Assembly (NCBI GenBank): GCA_002269645.1
Contig: NIVC01000217.1
Coordinates: 682,001-746,000 of the forward strand
Origin: Macrostomum lignano
Lineage: Eukaryota
Reading direction: 5' to 3'
Length of the DNA stretch: 64,000 nucleotides
Position numbers and translations under genes: made by a program. Below are positions 1 to 12,969 of this stretch, in pieces. The notes under the pieces were generated by a model. That model saw nothing but the letters and a program-made list of their open reading frames with translations, was not told the origin of the DNA and ran no database searches. Every line of letters begins with the position of its first letter. Position 1 is the stretch's first letter.

Positions 1-2
1 TC

Positions 3-1703
3 TCCCAGCTGCTGCAGTCCAGCGCCGACTCCGCCTCGGTTGCCGCCGCTGCCAACATCGAATTCGGCGAAGAGGCTCAAGAAGAAGAGAAACCAGGTGA
101 TGTAGAAGAACCTTTCGATGACTTTAACGATCTTGCGGATGATAATGACGAGTTGGTTGTTCGACGAATCGTACCGAAGCTGAGCAGGCATGGGCCGCCA
201 CCGGCTCCCGTCGCTTCTCCTACACCTGAGCCTCTTGCGCCGTCGACATCTTCCGCCTCTTCAGCAGCCGAACGTCGAGTTCGACAGCTGCTGGAACCGC
301 TGACTGACAGTCTGGAGAGTCTGCAGGCTCGGGTGAATCAGCAAGTCAGTCAGAGGCAGCAGCAGCACCAGCTGCAACAACAGGCTGCTCGGAGTCGCCT
401 GCTAGCTGGACTGCAGGCAGCTGACGGCGGTGACGATGACGACTTGGTGGACGAAGTTGTACACGGCGACTTCAACGATGCTTGTCTGCGATTTGGCTCT
501 TTGGATTCCAAGGGAGATGGCGTTGCAGATCCAAATGATCAAAAGGAAGAAGATCCTACCAAAGATCCCAAGAATCACCAGGAAGATCCCGTCGCTGATC
601 CCCAGAATCGTCAGGAAGATCCCATCGCTGATCCCCAGAATCGTCAGGAAGATCCCAAGAATCGTCTGGAAGATCCCAAGAATGGTCTGGAAGATCCCAT
701 CGCTGATCCCCAGAATCGTCAGGAAGATCCCAAGAATCGTCTGGAAGATCCCAAGAATGGTCTGGAAGATCCCATCGCTGATCCCCAGAATCGTCAGGAA
801 GATCCCAAGAATGGTCAGGAAGATCCCAAGAATGGTCAGGAAGATCCCAAGAATCGTCAGGAAGATCCCAAGAATCGTCAAGAAGATCCCCAGAATCGTC
901 AGGAAGATCCCCAGAATCGTCAGGATGATCCCCAGAATCGTCAAGAAGATCCCCAGAATCGTCAGGAAGATCCCAAGAATCGTCAAGAAGATCCCCAGAA
1001 TCGTCAGGAAGATCCCCAGAATCGTCAGGATGATCCCCAGAATCGTCAGGAAGATCCCAAGAATCGTCAGGAAAATCCCGAAGAGCCGCTGAGTCCCAGC
1101 GTAGCCCTCGCCCGTCTCCAGTGGGCTGTCGATGATCAGCTTGCAGCTTCATCAGTGCTGCATCAGTCCACTGCCATCAATCCAATCCAGCAGCTGCCAA
1201 GCGGCCCAGCCAAATTGCAGCTTCTAAAAGATCAGCAGACCAACCGATGGTGGCCACACCACTGTCCGGAGCCGCTGACCAGCCTGTGCGCATCCGCTGC
1301 TCCCAGCCTGGAGTCCGGTACAGTCCTGTTCGCCACAAAGAGCGGGTCGGCCTACTCAGCTCGAGTGCTCAGCAACCAAGGCGACGCCAGGCTCCGCTGG
1401 CAGGTAGAGAGCTCTCTGGCTAGCGTTGTCAGCGGCGATCAACTGCTGCAGCTGCAGCCTGCCCCGCCTGACTTGGTGCTCCGTCTGACCGCTTCCGGCA
1501 GGAAATTGTCAGCTGGCCGGATTTCCGGCGTTGGATACCGCGTGTCGGAGTGGAAGACGGTGCGCGAAGGTGTTCGCTGCCTCGGTGCCGGGTCGGCCAG
1601 GTACCTGTGCGGCCTGGATGCCGGCGGCGGCGTATTCCTGGTGCCCCTGGCCGATGTGGGACAGCAGCTGCCTGGCGCGTCGGTGGAGTGCCCTTTCAGA
1701 CCC
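3..1703 (+). CDS. TECPR2: TECPR2-like protein, first exon in window (5'-partial; acidic/disordered region plus start of propeller region)
   Basis: The reading frame is open from nt 3 ([10 protein letters not shown]...) to ECPFRP, followed by donor GTGAGT at 1704. It splices in phase to the four downstream exons. Confidence 0.7.
560..1080 (+). repeat. 21-bp coding minisatellite encoding an EDP(K/Q)NRQ heptapeptide
   Basis: Tandem gaagatccc(a/c)agaatcgtcag units, in frame with the exon and degenerating into unique protein-like sequence on both sides. Confidence 0.9.
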
Positions 1704-1713
1704 GTGAGTTGTG

Positions 1714-1735
1714 GCTGTCTGTCTGTCTGTCAGAG

Positions 1736-1775
<40 letters not shown>

Positions 1776-1823
1776 AGAGTGTCTGTCTGTCTGTCTGTCT
1801 GTCAGAGTACCTGTCTGTGTCTA

Positions 1824-1873
<50 letters not shown>

Positions 1874-2105
1874 AGAGTGTCTGTCTGTCTGTCTGTCAGA
1901 GTGTCTGTCTGTCTGTCAGAGTGTCTGTCTGTCTGTCAGAGTGTCTGTCTGTCTGTCAGAGTGTCTGTCTGTCAGAGTGTCTGTCTGTCTGTCAGAGTGT
2001 CTGTCTGTCTGTCTGTCAGAGTGTCTGTCTGTCTGTCTGTCAGAGTGTCTGTCTGTCTGTCAGAGTGTCTGTCTGTCTGTCAGAGTGTCTGTCTGTCTGT
2101 CAGAG

Positions 2106-2137
<32 letters not shown>

Positions 2138-2169
2138 AGAGTGTCTGTCTGTCTGTCTGTCTGTCAGAG

Positions 2170-2245
<76 letters not shown>

Positions 2246-2561
2246 AGAGTGTCTGTCTGTCTGTCTGTCAGAGTGTCTGTCTGTCTGTCAGAGTGTCTGT
2301 CTGTCTGTCAGAGTGTCTGTCTGTCTGTCAGAGTGTCTGTCTGTCAGAGTGTCTGTCTGTCTGTCAGAGTGTCTGTCTGTCTGTCAGAGTGTCTGTCTGT
2401 CTGTCTGTCAGAGTGTCTGTCTGTCTGTCTGTCAGAGTGTCTGTCTGTCTGTCAGAGTGTCTGTCTGTCTGTCAGAGTGTCTGTCTGTCTGTCAGAGTGT
2501 CTGTCTGTCTGTCTGTCAGAGTGTCTGTCTGTCTGTCAGAGTGTCTGTCTGTCTGTCAGAG

Positions 2562-2593
<32 letters not shown>

Positions 2594-2625
2594 AGAGTGT
2601 CTGTCTGTCTGTCTGTCTGTCAGAG

Positions 2626-2669
<44 letters not shown>

Positions 2670-2761
2670 AGAGTGTCTGTCTGTCTGTCAGAGTGTCTGT
2701 CTGTCTGTCTGTCAGAGTGTCTGTCTGTCTGTCAGAGTGTCTGTCTGTCTGTCTGTCAGAG

Positions 2762-2797
<36 letters not shown>

Positions 2798-3169
2798 AGA
2801 GTGTCTGTCTTTCTGTCTGTCAGAGTGTCTGTCTGTCTGTCTGTCAGAGTGTCTGTCTGTCTGTCAGAGTGTCTGTCTGTCTGTCAGAGTGTCTGTCTGT
2901 CTGTCTGTCTGTCAGAGTGTCTGTCTGTCTTTCTGTCAGAGTGTCTGTCTGTCTGTCAGAGTGTCTGTCTGTCTGTCAGAGTGTCTGTCTGTCTGTCAGA
3001 GTGTCTGTCTGTCTGTCAGAGTGTCTGTCTGTCTGTCAGAGTGTCTGTCTGTCTGTCTGTCAGAGTGTCTGTCTGTCTGTCAGAGTGTCTGTCTGTCTGT
3101 CAGAGTGTCTGTCTGTCTGTCAGAGTGTCTGTCTGTCTGTCTGTCAGAGTGTCTGTCTGTCTGTCAGAG

Positions 3170-3209
<40 letters not shown>

Positions 3210-3241
3210 AGAGTGTCTGTCTGTCTGTCTGTCTGTCAGAG

Positions 3242-3277
<36 letters not shown>

Positions 3278-3301
3278 AGAGTGTCTGTCTGTCTGTCAGA
3301 G

Positions 3302-3333
<32 letters not shown>

Positions 3334-3365
3334 AGAGTGTCTGTCTGTCTGTCTGTCTGTCAGAG

Positions 3366-3445
<80 letters not shown>

Positions 3446-3761
3446 AGAGTGTCTGTCTGTCTGTCTGTCAGAGTGTCTGTCTGTCTGTCAGAGTGTCTGT
3501 CTGTCTGTCAGAGTGTCTGTCTGTCTGTCAGAGTGTCTGTCTGTCAGAGTGTCTGTCTGTCTGTCAGAGTGTCTGTCTGTCTGTCAGAGTGTCTGTCTGT
3601 CTGTCTGTCAGAGTGTCTGTCTGTCTGTCTGTCAGAGTGTCTGTCTGTCTGTCAGAGTGTCTGTCTGTCTGTCAGAGTGTCTGTCTGTCTGTCAGAGTGT
3701 CTGTCTGTCTGTCTGTCAGAGTGTCTGTCTGTCTGTCAGAGTGTCTGTCTGTCTGTCAGAG

Positions 3762-3793
<32 letters not shown>

Positions 3794-3825
3794 AGAGTGT
3801 CTGTCTGTCTGTCTGTCTGTCAGAG

Positions 3826-3869
<44 letters not shown>

Positions 3870-3961
3870 AGAGTGTCTGTCTGTCTGTCAGAGTGTCTGT
3901 CTGTCTGTCTGTCAGAGTGTCTGTCTGTCTGTCAGAGTGTCTGTCTGTCTGTCTGTCAGAG

Positions 3962-3997
<36 letters not shown>

Positions 3998-4317
3998 AGA
4001 GTGTCTGTCTTTCTGTCTGTCAGAGTGTCTGTCTGTCTGTCTGTCAGAGTGTCTGTCTGTCTGTCAGAGTGTCTGTCTGTCTGTCAGAGTGTCTGTCTGT
4101 CTGTCAGAGTGTCTGTCTGTCTGTCAGAGTGTCTGTCTGTCTGTCAGAGTGTCTGTCTGTCTGTCTGTCAGAGTGTCTGTCTGTCTGTCAGAGTGTCTGT
4201 CTGTCTGTCAGAGTGTCTGTCTGTCTGTCAGAGTGTCTGTCTGTCTGTCTGTCAGAGTGTCTGTCTGTCTGTCAGAGTGTCTGTCTGTCTGTCAGAGTGT
4301 CTGTCTGTCTGTCAGAG

Positions 4318-4361
<44 letters not shown>

Positions 4362-4393
4362 AGAGTGTCTGTCTGTCTGTCTGTCTGTCAGAG

Positions 4394-4429
<36 letters not shown>

Positions 4430-4593
4430 AGAGTGTCTGTCTGTCTGTCAGAGTGTCTGTCTGTCTGTCTGTCTGTCAGAGTGTCTGTCTGTCTGTCAGA
4501 GTGTCTGTCTGTCTGTCTGTCTGTCAGAGTGTCTGTCTGTCTGTCAGAGTGTCTGTCTGTCTGTCAGAGTGTCTGTCTGTCTGTCTGTCAGAG

Positions 4594-4629
<36 letters not shown>

Positions 4630-4721
4630 AGAGTGTCTGTCTGTCTGTCTGTCAGAGTGTCTGTCTGTCTGTCTGTCAGAGTGTCTGTCTGTCTGTCAGA
4701 GTGTCTGTCTGTCTGTCAGAG

Positions 4722-4761
<40 letters not shown>

Positions 4762-4793
4762 AGAGTGTCTGTCTGTCTGTCTTTCTGTCAGAG

Positions 4794-4829
<36 letters not shown>

Positions 4830-5001
4830 AGAGTGTCTGTCTGTCTGTCAGAGTGTCTGTCTGTCTGTCTGTCAGAGTGTCTGTCTGTCTGTCAGAGTGT
4901 CTGTCTGTCTGTCAGAGTGTCTGTCTGTCTGTCAGAGTGTCTGTCTGTCTGTCTGTCAGAGTGTCTGTCTGTCTGTCAGAGTGTCTGTCTGTCTGTCAGA
5001 G

Positions 5002-5045
<44 letters not shown>

Positions 5046-5077
5046 AGAGTGTCTGTCTGTCTGTCTGTCTGTCAGAG

Positions 5078-5113
<36 letters not shown>

Positions 5114-5305
5114 AGAGTGTCTGTCTGTCTGTCAGAGTGTCTGTCTGTCTGTCTGTCTGTCAGAGTGTCTGTCTGTCTGTCAGAGTGTCTGTCTGTCTGT
5201 CTGTCTGTCAGAGTGTCTGTCTGTCTGTCAGAGTGTCTGTCTGTCTGTCAGAGTGTCTGTCTGTCTGTCTGTCAGAGTGTCTGTCTGTCTGTCTGTCTGT
5301 CAGAG

Positions 5306-5341
<36 letters not shown>

Positions 5342-5505
5342 AGAGTGTCTGTCTGTCTGTCAGAGTGTCTGTCTGTCTGTCTGTCTGTCAGAGTGTCTGT
5401 CTGTCTGTCAGAGTGTCTGTCTGTCTGTCTGTCTGTCAGAGTGTCTGTCTGTCTGTCAGAGTGTCTGTCTGTCTGTCAGAGTGTCTGTCTGTCTGTCTGT
5501 CAGAG

Positions 5506-5541
<36 letters not shown>

Positions 5542-5609
5542 AGAGTGTCTGTCTGTCTGTCTGTCAGAGTGTCTGTCTGTCTGTCAGAGTGTCTGTCTGT
5601 CTGTCAGAG

Positions 5610-5645
<36 letters not shown>

Positions 5646-5677
5646 AGAGTGTCTGTCTGTCTGTCTGTCTGTCAGAG

Positions 5678-5713
<36 letters not shown>

Positions 5714-5861
5714 AGAGTGTCTGTCTGTCTGTCAGAGTGTCTGTCTGTCTGTCTGTCAGAGTGTCTGTCTGTCTGTCAGAGTGTCTGTCTGTCTGTCAGA
5801 GTGTCTGTCTGTCTGTCAGAGTGTCTGTCTGTCTGTCAGAGTGTCTGTCTGTCTGTCAGAG

Positions 5862-5897
<36 letters not shown>

Positions 5898-5929
5898 AGA
5901 GTGTCTGTCTGTCTGTCTGTCTGTCAGAG

Positions 5930-5965
<36 letters not shown>

Positions 5966-6137
5966 AGAGTGTCTGTCTGTCTGTCAGAGTGTCTGTCTGT
6001 CTGTCTGTCAGAGTGTCTGTCTGTCTGTCAGAGTGTCTGTCTGTCTGTCAGAGTGTCTGTCTGTCTGTCAGAGTGTCTGTCTGTCTGTCTGTCAGAGTGT
6101 CTGTCTGTCTGTCAGAGTGTCTGTCTGTCTGTCAGAG

Positions 6138-6185
<48 letters not shown>

Positions 6186-6189
6186 AGAG

Positions 6190-6225
<36 letters not shown>

Positions 6226-6361
6226 AGAGTGTCTGTCTGTCTGTCAGAGTGTCTGTCTGTCTGTCTGTCTGTCAGAGTGTCTGTCTGTCTGTCAGAGTGT
6301 CTGTCTGTCTGTCTGTCAGAGTGTCTGTCTGTCTGTCAGAGTGTCTGTCTGTCTGTCAGAG

Positions 6362-6401
<40 letters not shown>

Positions 6402-6433
6402 AGAGTGTCTGTCTGTCTGTCTTTCTGTCAGAG

Positions 6434-6473
<40 letters not shown>

Positions 6474-6645
6474 AGAGTGTCTGTCTGTCTGTCAGAGTGT
6501 CTGTCTGTCTGTCTGTCAGAGTGTCTGTCTGTCTGTCAGAGTGTCTGTCTGTCTGTCAGAGTGTCTGTCTGTCTGTCAGAGTGTCTGTCTGTCTGTCTGT
6601 CAGAGTGTCTGTCTGTCTGTCAGAGTGTCTGTCTGTCTGTCAGAG

Positions 6646-6689
<44 letters not shown>

Positions 6690-6721
6690 AGAGTGTCTGT
6701 CTGTCTGTCTGTCTGTCAGAG

Positions 6722-6757
<36 letters not shown>

Positions 6758-6949
6758 AGAGTGTCTGTCTGTCTGTCAGAGTGTCTGTCTGTCTGTCTGT
6801 CTGTCAGAGTGTCTGTCTGTCTGTCAGAGTGTCTGTCTGTCTGTCTGTCTGTCAGAGTGTCTGTCTGTCTGTCAGAGTGTCTGTCTGTCTGTCAGAGTGT
6901 CTGTCTGTCTGTCTGTCAGAGTGTCTGTCTGTCTGTCTGTCTGTCAGAG

Positions 6950-6985
<36 letters not shown>

Positions 6986-7149
6986 AGAGTGTCTGTCTGT
7001 CTGTCAGAGTGTCTGTCTGTCTGTCTGTCTGTCAGAGTGTCTGTCTGTCTGTCAGAGTGTCTGTCTGTCTGTCTGTCTGTCAGAGTGTCTGTCTGTCTGT
7101 CAGAGTGTCTGTCTGTCTGTCAGAGTGTCTGTCTGTCTGTCTGTCAGAG

Positions 7150-7185
<36 letters not shown>

Positions 7186-7277
7186 AGAGTGTCTGTCTGT
7201 CTGTCTGTCAGAGTGTCTGTCTGTCTGTCTGTCAGAGTGTCTGTCTGTCTGTCAGAGTGTCTGTCTGTCTGTCAGAG

Positions 7278-7313
<36 letters not shown>

Positions 7314-7345
7314 AGAGTGTCTGTCTGTCTGTCTGTCTGTCAGAG

Positions 7346-7381
<36 letters not shown>

Positions 7382-7529
7382 AGAGTGTCTGTCTGTCTGT
7401 CAGAGTGTCTGTCTGTCTGTCTGTCAGAGTGTCTGTCTGTCTGTCAGAGTGTCTGTCTGTCTGTCAGAGTGTCTGTCTGTCTGTCAGAGTGTCTGTCTGT
7501 CTGTCAGAGTGTCTGTCTGTCTGTCAGAG

Positions 7530-7565
<36 letters not shown>

Positions 7566-7597
7566 AGAGTGTCTGTCTGTCTGTCTGTCTGTCAGAG

Positions 7598-7633
<36 letters not shown>

Positions 7634-7805
7634 AGAGTGTCTGTCTGTCTGTCAGAGTGTCTGTCTGTCTGTCTGTCAGAGTGTCTGTCTGTCTGTCAGA
7701 GTGTCTGTCTGTCTGTCAGAGTGTCTGTCTGTCTGTCAGAGTGTCTGTCTGTCTGTCTGTCAGAGTGTCTGTCTGTCTGTCAGAGTGTCTGTCTGTCTGT
7801 CAGAG

Positions 7806-7869
<64 letters not shown>

Positions 7870-8173
7870 AGAGTGTCTGTCTGTCTGTCAGAGTGTCTGT
7901 CTGTCTGTCAGAGTGTCTGTCTGTCTGTCAGAGTGTCTGTCTGTCTGTCTGTCTTTCAGAGTGTCTGTCTGTCTGTCTGTCTGTCTGTCAGAGTGTCTGT
8001 CTGTCTGTCAGAGTGTCTGTCTGTCTGTCTGTCTGTCAGAGTGTCTGTCTGTCTGTCAGAGTGTCTGTCTGTCTGTCTGTCTGTCAGAGTGTCTGTCTGT
8101 CTGTCAGAGTGTCTGTCTGTCTGTCAGAGTGTCTGTCTGTCTGTCAGAGTGTCTGTCTGTCTGTCTGTCAGAG

Positions 8174-8213
<40 letters not shown>

Positions 8214-8217
8214 AGAG

Positions 8218-8257
<40 letters not shown>

Positions 8258-8333
8258 AGAGTGTCTGTCTCTCTGTGTCTGTCTGTCTGTCTGTCTCTGT
8301 CTGTCTGTCTGTCTGTCTGTCTCTGTCTGTCTT

Positions 8334-8360
<27 letters not shown>
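1714..8360. repeat. (TCTG)n microsatellite with interspersed GTCAGAGT variant, filling intron 1 (1704-8393)
   Basis: Directly visible; bounded by GTGAGT at 1704 and tttctCAG ending at 8393. Confidence 0.97.
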
Positions 8361-8366
<6 letters not shown>

Positions 8367-8393
8367 TTACTAATTCACCCGTCTATTTCTCAG

Positions 8394-8722
8394 GCATCCA
8401 TCAGCATAGGACAGGGTCACCTGGTCTGCATGGCCAGTCAGCAGCAACAGCATCATCATCGCCACCACCAGTCAGCAGCTCCCACTGAGCTCTGGGCGGC
8501 TCCCCTGTCCGCGCCGGATCGCTGGTGGCCCATCGGGCGGTGCAGCGGTGGCCTCCTGGCTGCCCTGGTCACCGAGTTCAACCTGTGGACTCTGACAGCT
8601 TCTGGCGAAAGCGACGGCTGCTGCTTGCGCTGCTGGCGCGGTGGAAGCTGGCTGGAGTCGGAAGACCTGCCGGCGTTGGAGCTCTGGATTGCTGAGCTGG
8701 ATAAGCCTGCGCATAATAAGCG
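8394..8722 (+). CDS. TECPR2: TECPR2-like exon 2
   Basis: Acceptor tttctcag|, phase 0 matching exon 1. Encodes [12 protein letters not shown]...ELWAAP...LWTL and ends CG|gtaaaa. Confidence 0.75.
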
Positions 8723-8728
8723 GTAAAA

Positions 8729-9560
8729 ATCAAGAATCGCCCCTACTCACCCCCAAGAATCGCCCCTACCCACCCCCAAGAATCGCCCCTACTCACACCC
8801 AAGAATTGCCCCCCTATTCACCTACTCACTCCCAAGAGTTGCCCCTATTCACACACAAGAATCGCCCCTACTCACACCTAGGAATTGCCCCTACTCACAC
8901 TCAAGAATCGCCCCTACTCACCCCTAAGAATCGCCCCTACTCACATCCAAAAATCGCCCCTACTCACACCCAACAATCGCCCCTACTCACACCCAACAAT
9001 CGCCCCTACTCACACCCAACAATCGCCCCTACTCACACCCAACAATCGCCCCTACTCAAACCCAAAAATCGCCCCTACTCACACCCAAAAATCGCCACTA
9101 CTCACACCCAAAAATCGCCCCTACTCAAACCCAAGAATCACCCCTACTCAAACCCAAGAATTGCCCCTACTCAAACCCAAGAATTGCCCCTGCTCACACC
9201 CAAGAATCGCCCCTACTCACCCCCAAGAATCGCCCCTACTCACCTTCAAGAATCGCCCCTACTCATCCCCAAGAATCGCCCCTACTCAACCCCAAGAATC
9301 GCCCCTACTCACCCCCAAGAATCGCCCCTACTCACCCCCAAGAATCGCCCCTACTCACCCCCAAGAATCGCCCCTACTCACCCCCAAGAATCGCCCCTAC
9401 TCATCCCCAAGAATCGCCCCTACTCAACCCCAAGAATCGCCCCTACTCACCCCCAAGAATCGCCCCTACTCAACCCCAAGAATCGCCCCTACTCACCCCC
9501 AAGAATCGCCCCTACTCACCCCCAAGAATCGCCCCTACTCACCCCCAAGTATCGCTCCTA
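8729..9560. repeat. 23-bp minisatellite (aagaatcgcccctactcaccccc) filling intron 2
   Basis: Directly visible tandem array between the donor at 8723 and the acceptor ending at 9576. Confidence 0.95.
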
Positions 9561-9576
9561 CTGTTTATTCCTTCAG

Positions 9577-10019
9577 CTCCGACCTGCCGTGGCGCGTACT
9601 GACCAGCGCTCTGGCTGGAGTTGGCGCCGTTTCTGACGCCTCTGCCGGCGCTGCGGCGTCGCCATTCATTGTCTCGGTGCCCAACTTCGGCCTGTGGCTT
9701 TACTGGCCAGACCGGGATCTGCTGCTCACCTGTTCCGGCCCCCTGCTGGGCACAGCATGGGCGCAGCTGAAGCCGCAGGGTCTGTCGCAGTTGTTGCTTA
9801 GCAACTGGGCTCACGCGGCCGTTACCTGCATTGGCGGTCAAGCCTACGTATGGGCCGTAGGACCCTCCAGCTGCGAGGTGTTCTGCCTCTGGCCTGAGGG
9901 CTTCCGCTCGGAGACTCTGCCAGTGGCTGGCAGCCTTGGCTCCCGGGTGGTGCAACTCTGCTGCGGCCAGGGCAGCGTGTGGGCTCTGTGCTCAGATGGC
10001 CAGCTGTACCTGTGTCAGG
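9577..10019 (+). CDS. TECPR2: TECPR2-like exon 3 (tectonin-type propeller repeats)
   Basis: Acceptor ccttcag|, and the phase-2 junction restores an Arg codon. Encodes ...QAYVWAVG...VVQLCCGQGSVWALCSDGQLYLCQ; donor G|gtgagg. Confidence 0.8.
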
Positions 10020-10034
10020 GTGAGGCACCTGAGA

Positions 10035-12350
10035 CCACAATAAGCATCATAATAGACATCACAATAGACACCACAATAGACACCACAATAGACATCACAA
10101 TAGACACCACAATAGACACCACAATAGACATCATAATAGACACCACAATAGACACCACAATAGACATCATAATAGACACCACAATAGACATCACAATAGA
10201 CACCACAATAGACACCACAATAGACACCACAATAGACATCATAATAGACACCACAATAGACATCACAATAGACACCACAATAGACACCACAATAGACACC
10301 ACAATAGAAACCACAATAGACACCACAATAGACATCATAATAGGCCTCACAATAGACATCACAATAGACATCACAATAAACATCACAATAGACATCACAA
10401 TAGACATCACAATAGACATCACAATAGACATCACAATAGACATCACAATAGACACCACAATAAACATTCACAATAGACATCACAATAAACATTCACAATA
10501 GACATCACAATAAACATTCACAATAGACATCACAATAAGACACCACAATAGACACCACAATAGACATCATGTTGTAACCCGGGTCGGCTTGGGTGCCCAG
10601 TCCCGAGTACAATATATATTATATGTGATATAACAGGCGTTGTGACGCTCTGTCTGTACTTTTATGAATACGACGAGCAGGCGTGGCGACGCTCTGCGAT
10701 AATAATTCGATCCCTCTGGTGTTGTGACACTCAGAGTTCACGCTGCGGCTCGAGGTGTGGTGACACTCTCGAGTGCTTCTATTCTCTATACCGTAGGGCG
10801 TACTCAATATATATGGTAAACGGTACCGTACTACAGAAGCTATATGGTCTCCCGGCGTTATGACGCTCTGGCAAGAATTCGGCCTAGCAAGCTTCCCGGA
10901 AAGAAAGGACTCAAACAGCAGGCGGCTTACCAGTGGCCAGATGACTGTTCACCGTTTATTATTCGCAGGTCTCAAGCGCAGTTTCCGACTTCTTCTTAAT
11001 TCTCCAAGACTCTTCTCAATTAGGCTATTGTGTTTCTTTTATCCAAGTAGCTAATGTTGCTGTTTCTTTTATCAAAGTAGCTAATGTTGCTGTTTCTTTT
11101 ATCAAAGTAGCTAATGTTGCTGTTTCTTTTATCAGGTCTCGCGCTTGCACTCTCGGAGCACACCAAAACACAAAAAGCACGCAGGTGGTGGGCAAGAGCC
11201 AGAGTCGCACCATAAATAGCACCCAAACCCTGGGGCAGACGGCCCCACCGGCTAAGCTCACCAAAACAAACCACGCCGGCCCAGCCAATCAAAACCCCGC
11301 CTAAGGGGGGAGGGGCTGCACCCGCGCCAAAGCTGGCCCGGCCGCAGCCAACCAGCCCTGAGCACGGGGCAGGGGCACGGCTGGGGAGGGGCACGCGCAA
11401 AGCCCGGCCGGGGCCAGACCCTGCCACGCCCGCCAACCCCCCCACCCAGCCCCAAAGTGCAACGCGCCCTGCCAACTGACAAGGGCGCATGCACTACAAT
11501 CACAATAAGACATCACAATAAACACCACAATAGACACCACAATAGACATCACAATAAACATTCACAATAGACATCACAATAAACATTCACAATAGACATC
11601 ACAATAAACATTCACAATAGACATCACAATAAACATTCACAATAGACATCACAATAAGACATCACAATAAGACACCACAATAGACACCACAGTAGACATC
11701 ACAATAAACATTCACAATAGACATCACAATAAACATTCACAATAGACACCACAATAGCCATCACAATAAACATTCCCAATAGACATCACAATAAGCATTC
11801 CCAATAGACATCACAATAAAAATTCCCAATAGACACCACAATAGCCATCACAATAAACATTCCCAATAGACATCACATTAGACATCACAATAGACATCAC
11901 AATAAACATCACAATAAAAATTCATAATAGACACCACAATAGACATCACAATAGACATCACAAAAAAAAATTCCCAATAGACACCACAATAGCCATCGCA
12001 ATAAACATTCCCAATAGACATCACAATAGACATCACATTAGACATCACAATAGACATCACAATAAACATCACAATAAAAATTCATAATAGACACCACAAT
12101 AGACATCACAATAGACATTCCCAATAGACATCACAATAGACATCACAATAAACATTCACAATAGACATCACAATAAGACACCACAATAGACACCACAATA
12201 GACATCACAATAGACACCACAATGGACACTACAACAGCCATCACAACAAACATTCCCAATAGACATCACAATAGACATAACAATAAACATTCACAATAGA
12301 CACCACAATAGACACCACAATAGACATCACAATAGGCAACACAATAGACA
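10035..12350. repeat. 12-bp minisatellite (atagaca(c/t)caca and variants) filling intron 3, interrupted by a solo LTR
   Basis: Directly visible at 10035-10569 and 11499-12350. Confidence 0.95.
10570..11498 (-). mobile_element. Solo LTR-like insertion (929 bp) with 4-bp TSD ATCA
   Basis: TG...CA ends (tgttgtaacc...gcactaca), ATCA on both flanks (10566-10569, 11499-11502), no coding capacity, internal ~30-bp x3 repeat. Orientation is inferred from the TGTAGTG end shared with 46014-47007. Confidence 0.7.
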
Positions 12351-12366
12351 ATGCTGCCACCCGCAG

Positions 12367-12926
12367 GCATCAACGACTCCGAGCCGTTCGGGCTCCGCTG
12401 GAAGCGAATTAAATGGCCCAATAAAAAAGGTTATAAATCAATCAGCAGCGGCTTCATCAGCATCGCCTGTTCGGCTGGAAAACTGTTTGGCCTGGGCAGC
12501 GGCGGCGGCCTGTGGCTGGCGGGTCCGGAGTTTCGCGTCGTTAGTAGCGTCGCTTCCTGCGCCGACGCTGGCACCGAAGTCGCTTCAGCGCCAACCGGCC
12601 TAGCCGGAATTGCCGGCTGTCCATGGACACCTGGCGGCGCCATCTGGGCTTGGGACTCGCGCGGTCGAGTACTGGCCCGCACTGTCAAGGACCGCTGGGT
12701 GTCGGTGCCCGGACCGGACATGCGCCAGTTGTCCATGTCCGACGGCTGCGTGTACGCCGTGTGCCGTCGCCTCGGCCGGGTGTACGCACGCAGCGATGAC
12801 CCGCTGGCGGCTGGCGGCGAGTGGAAACTTATCGGGTGCCATGGACGGCGGATTGTCGAAGTGGCGGCCGCCTCCGGTGGTCACGTGATCTGTGTTGATA
12901 GCGAGGGCCGATTAGTGAGAATGACG
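12367..12926 (+). CDS. TECPR2: TECPR2-like exon 4 (tectonin repeats)
   Basis: Acceptor cccgcag|, and the phase-1 junction gives G-INDSEPFGLRWKRI, resembling the tectonin GxxxxxPxGxxW motif. Also encodes AIWAWDSRGRV and GCVYAV; donor ACG|gtacgt. Confidence 0.85.
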
Positions 12927-12969
12927 GTACGTATTGTGGCTTGGTACAGGTGTTGCTCTGTTGGTCACT

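Noticed and set aside
1714-8360. Massive Smad-binding element (GTCT/AGAC) array
   Set aside because: The motif match is an inevitable property of a common GACA-type microsatellite; there is no independent support.
153-8726. 2857-aa, 2312-aa and 2220-aa Ser/Val/Cys/Leu ORFs
   Set aside because: They are stop-free translations of an intronic (TCTG)n array bounded by canonical splice sites, open in all three plus frames.
8641-10501. Pro/Thr-rich and Ile/Asp/Thr-rich ORFs
   Set aside because: Translations of intronic 23-bp and 12-bp minisatellites; only 9577-10019 is a real exon.
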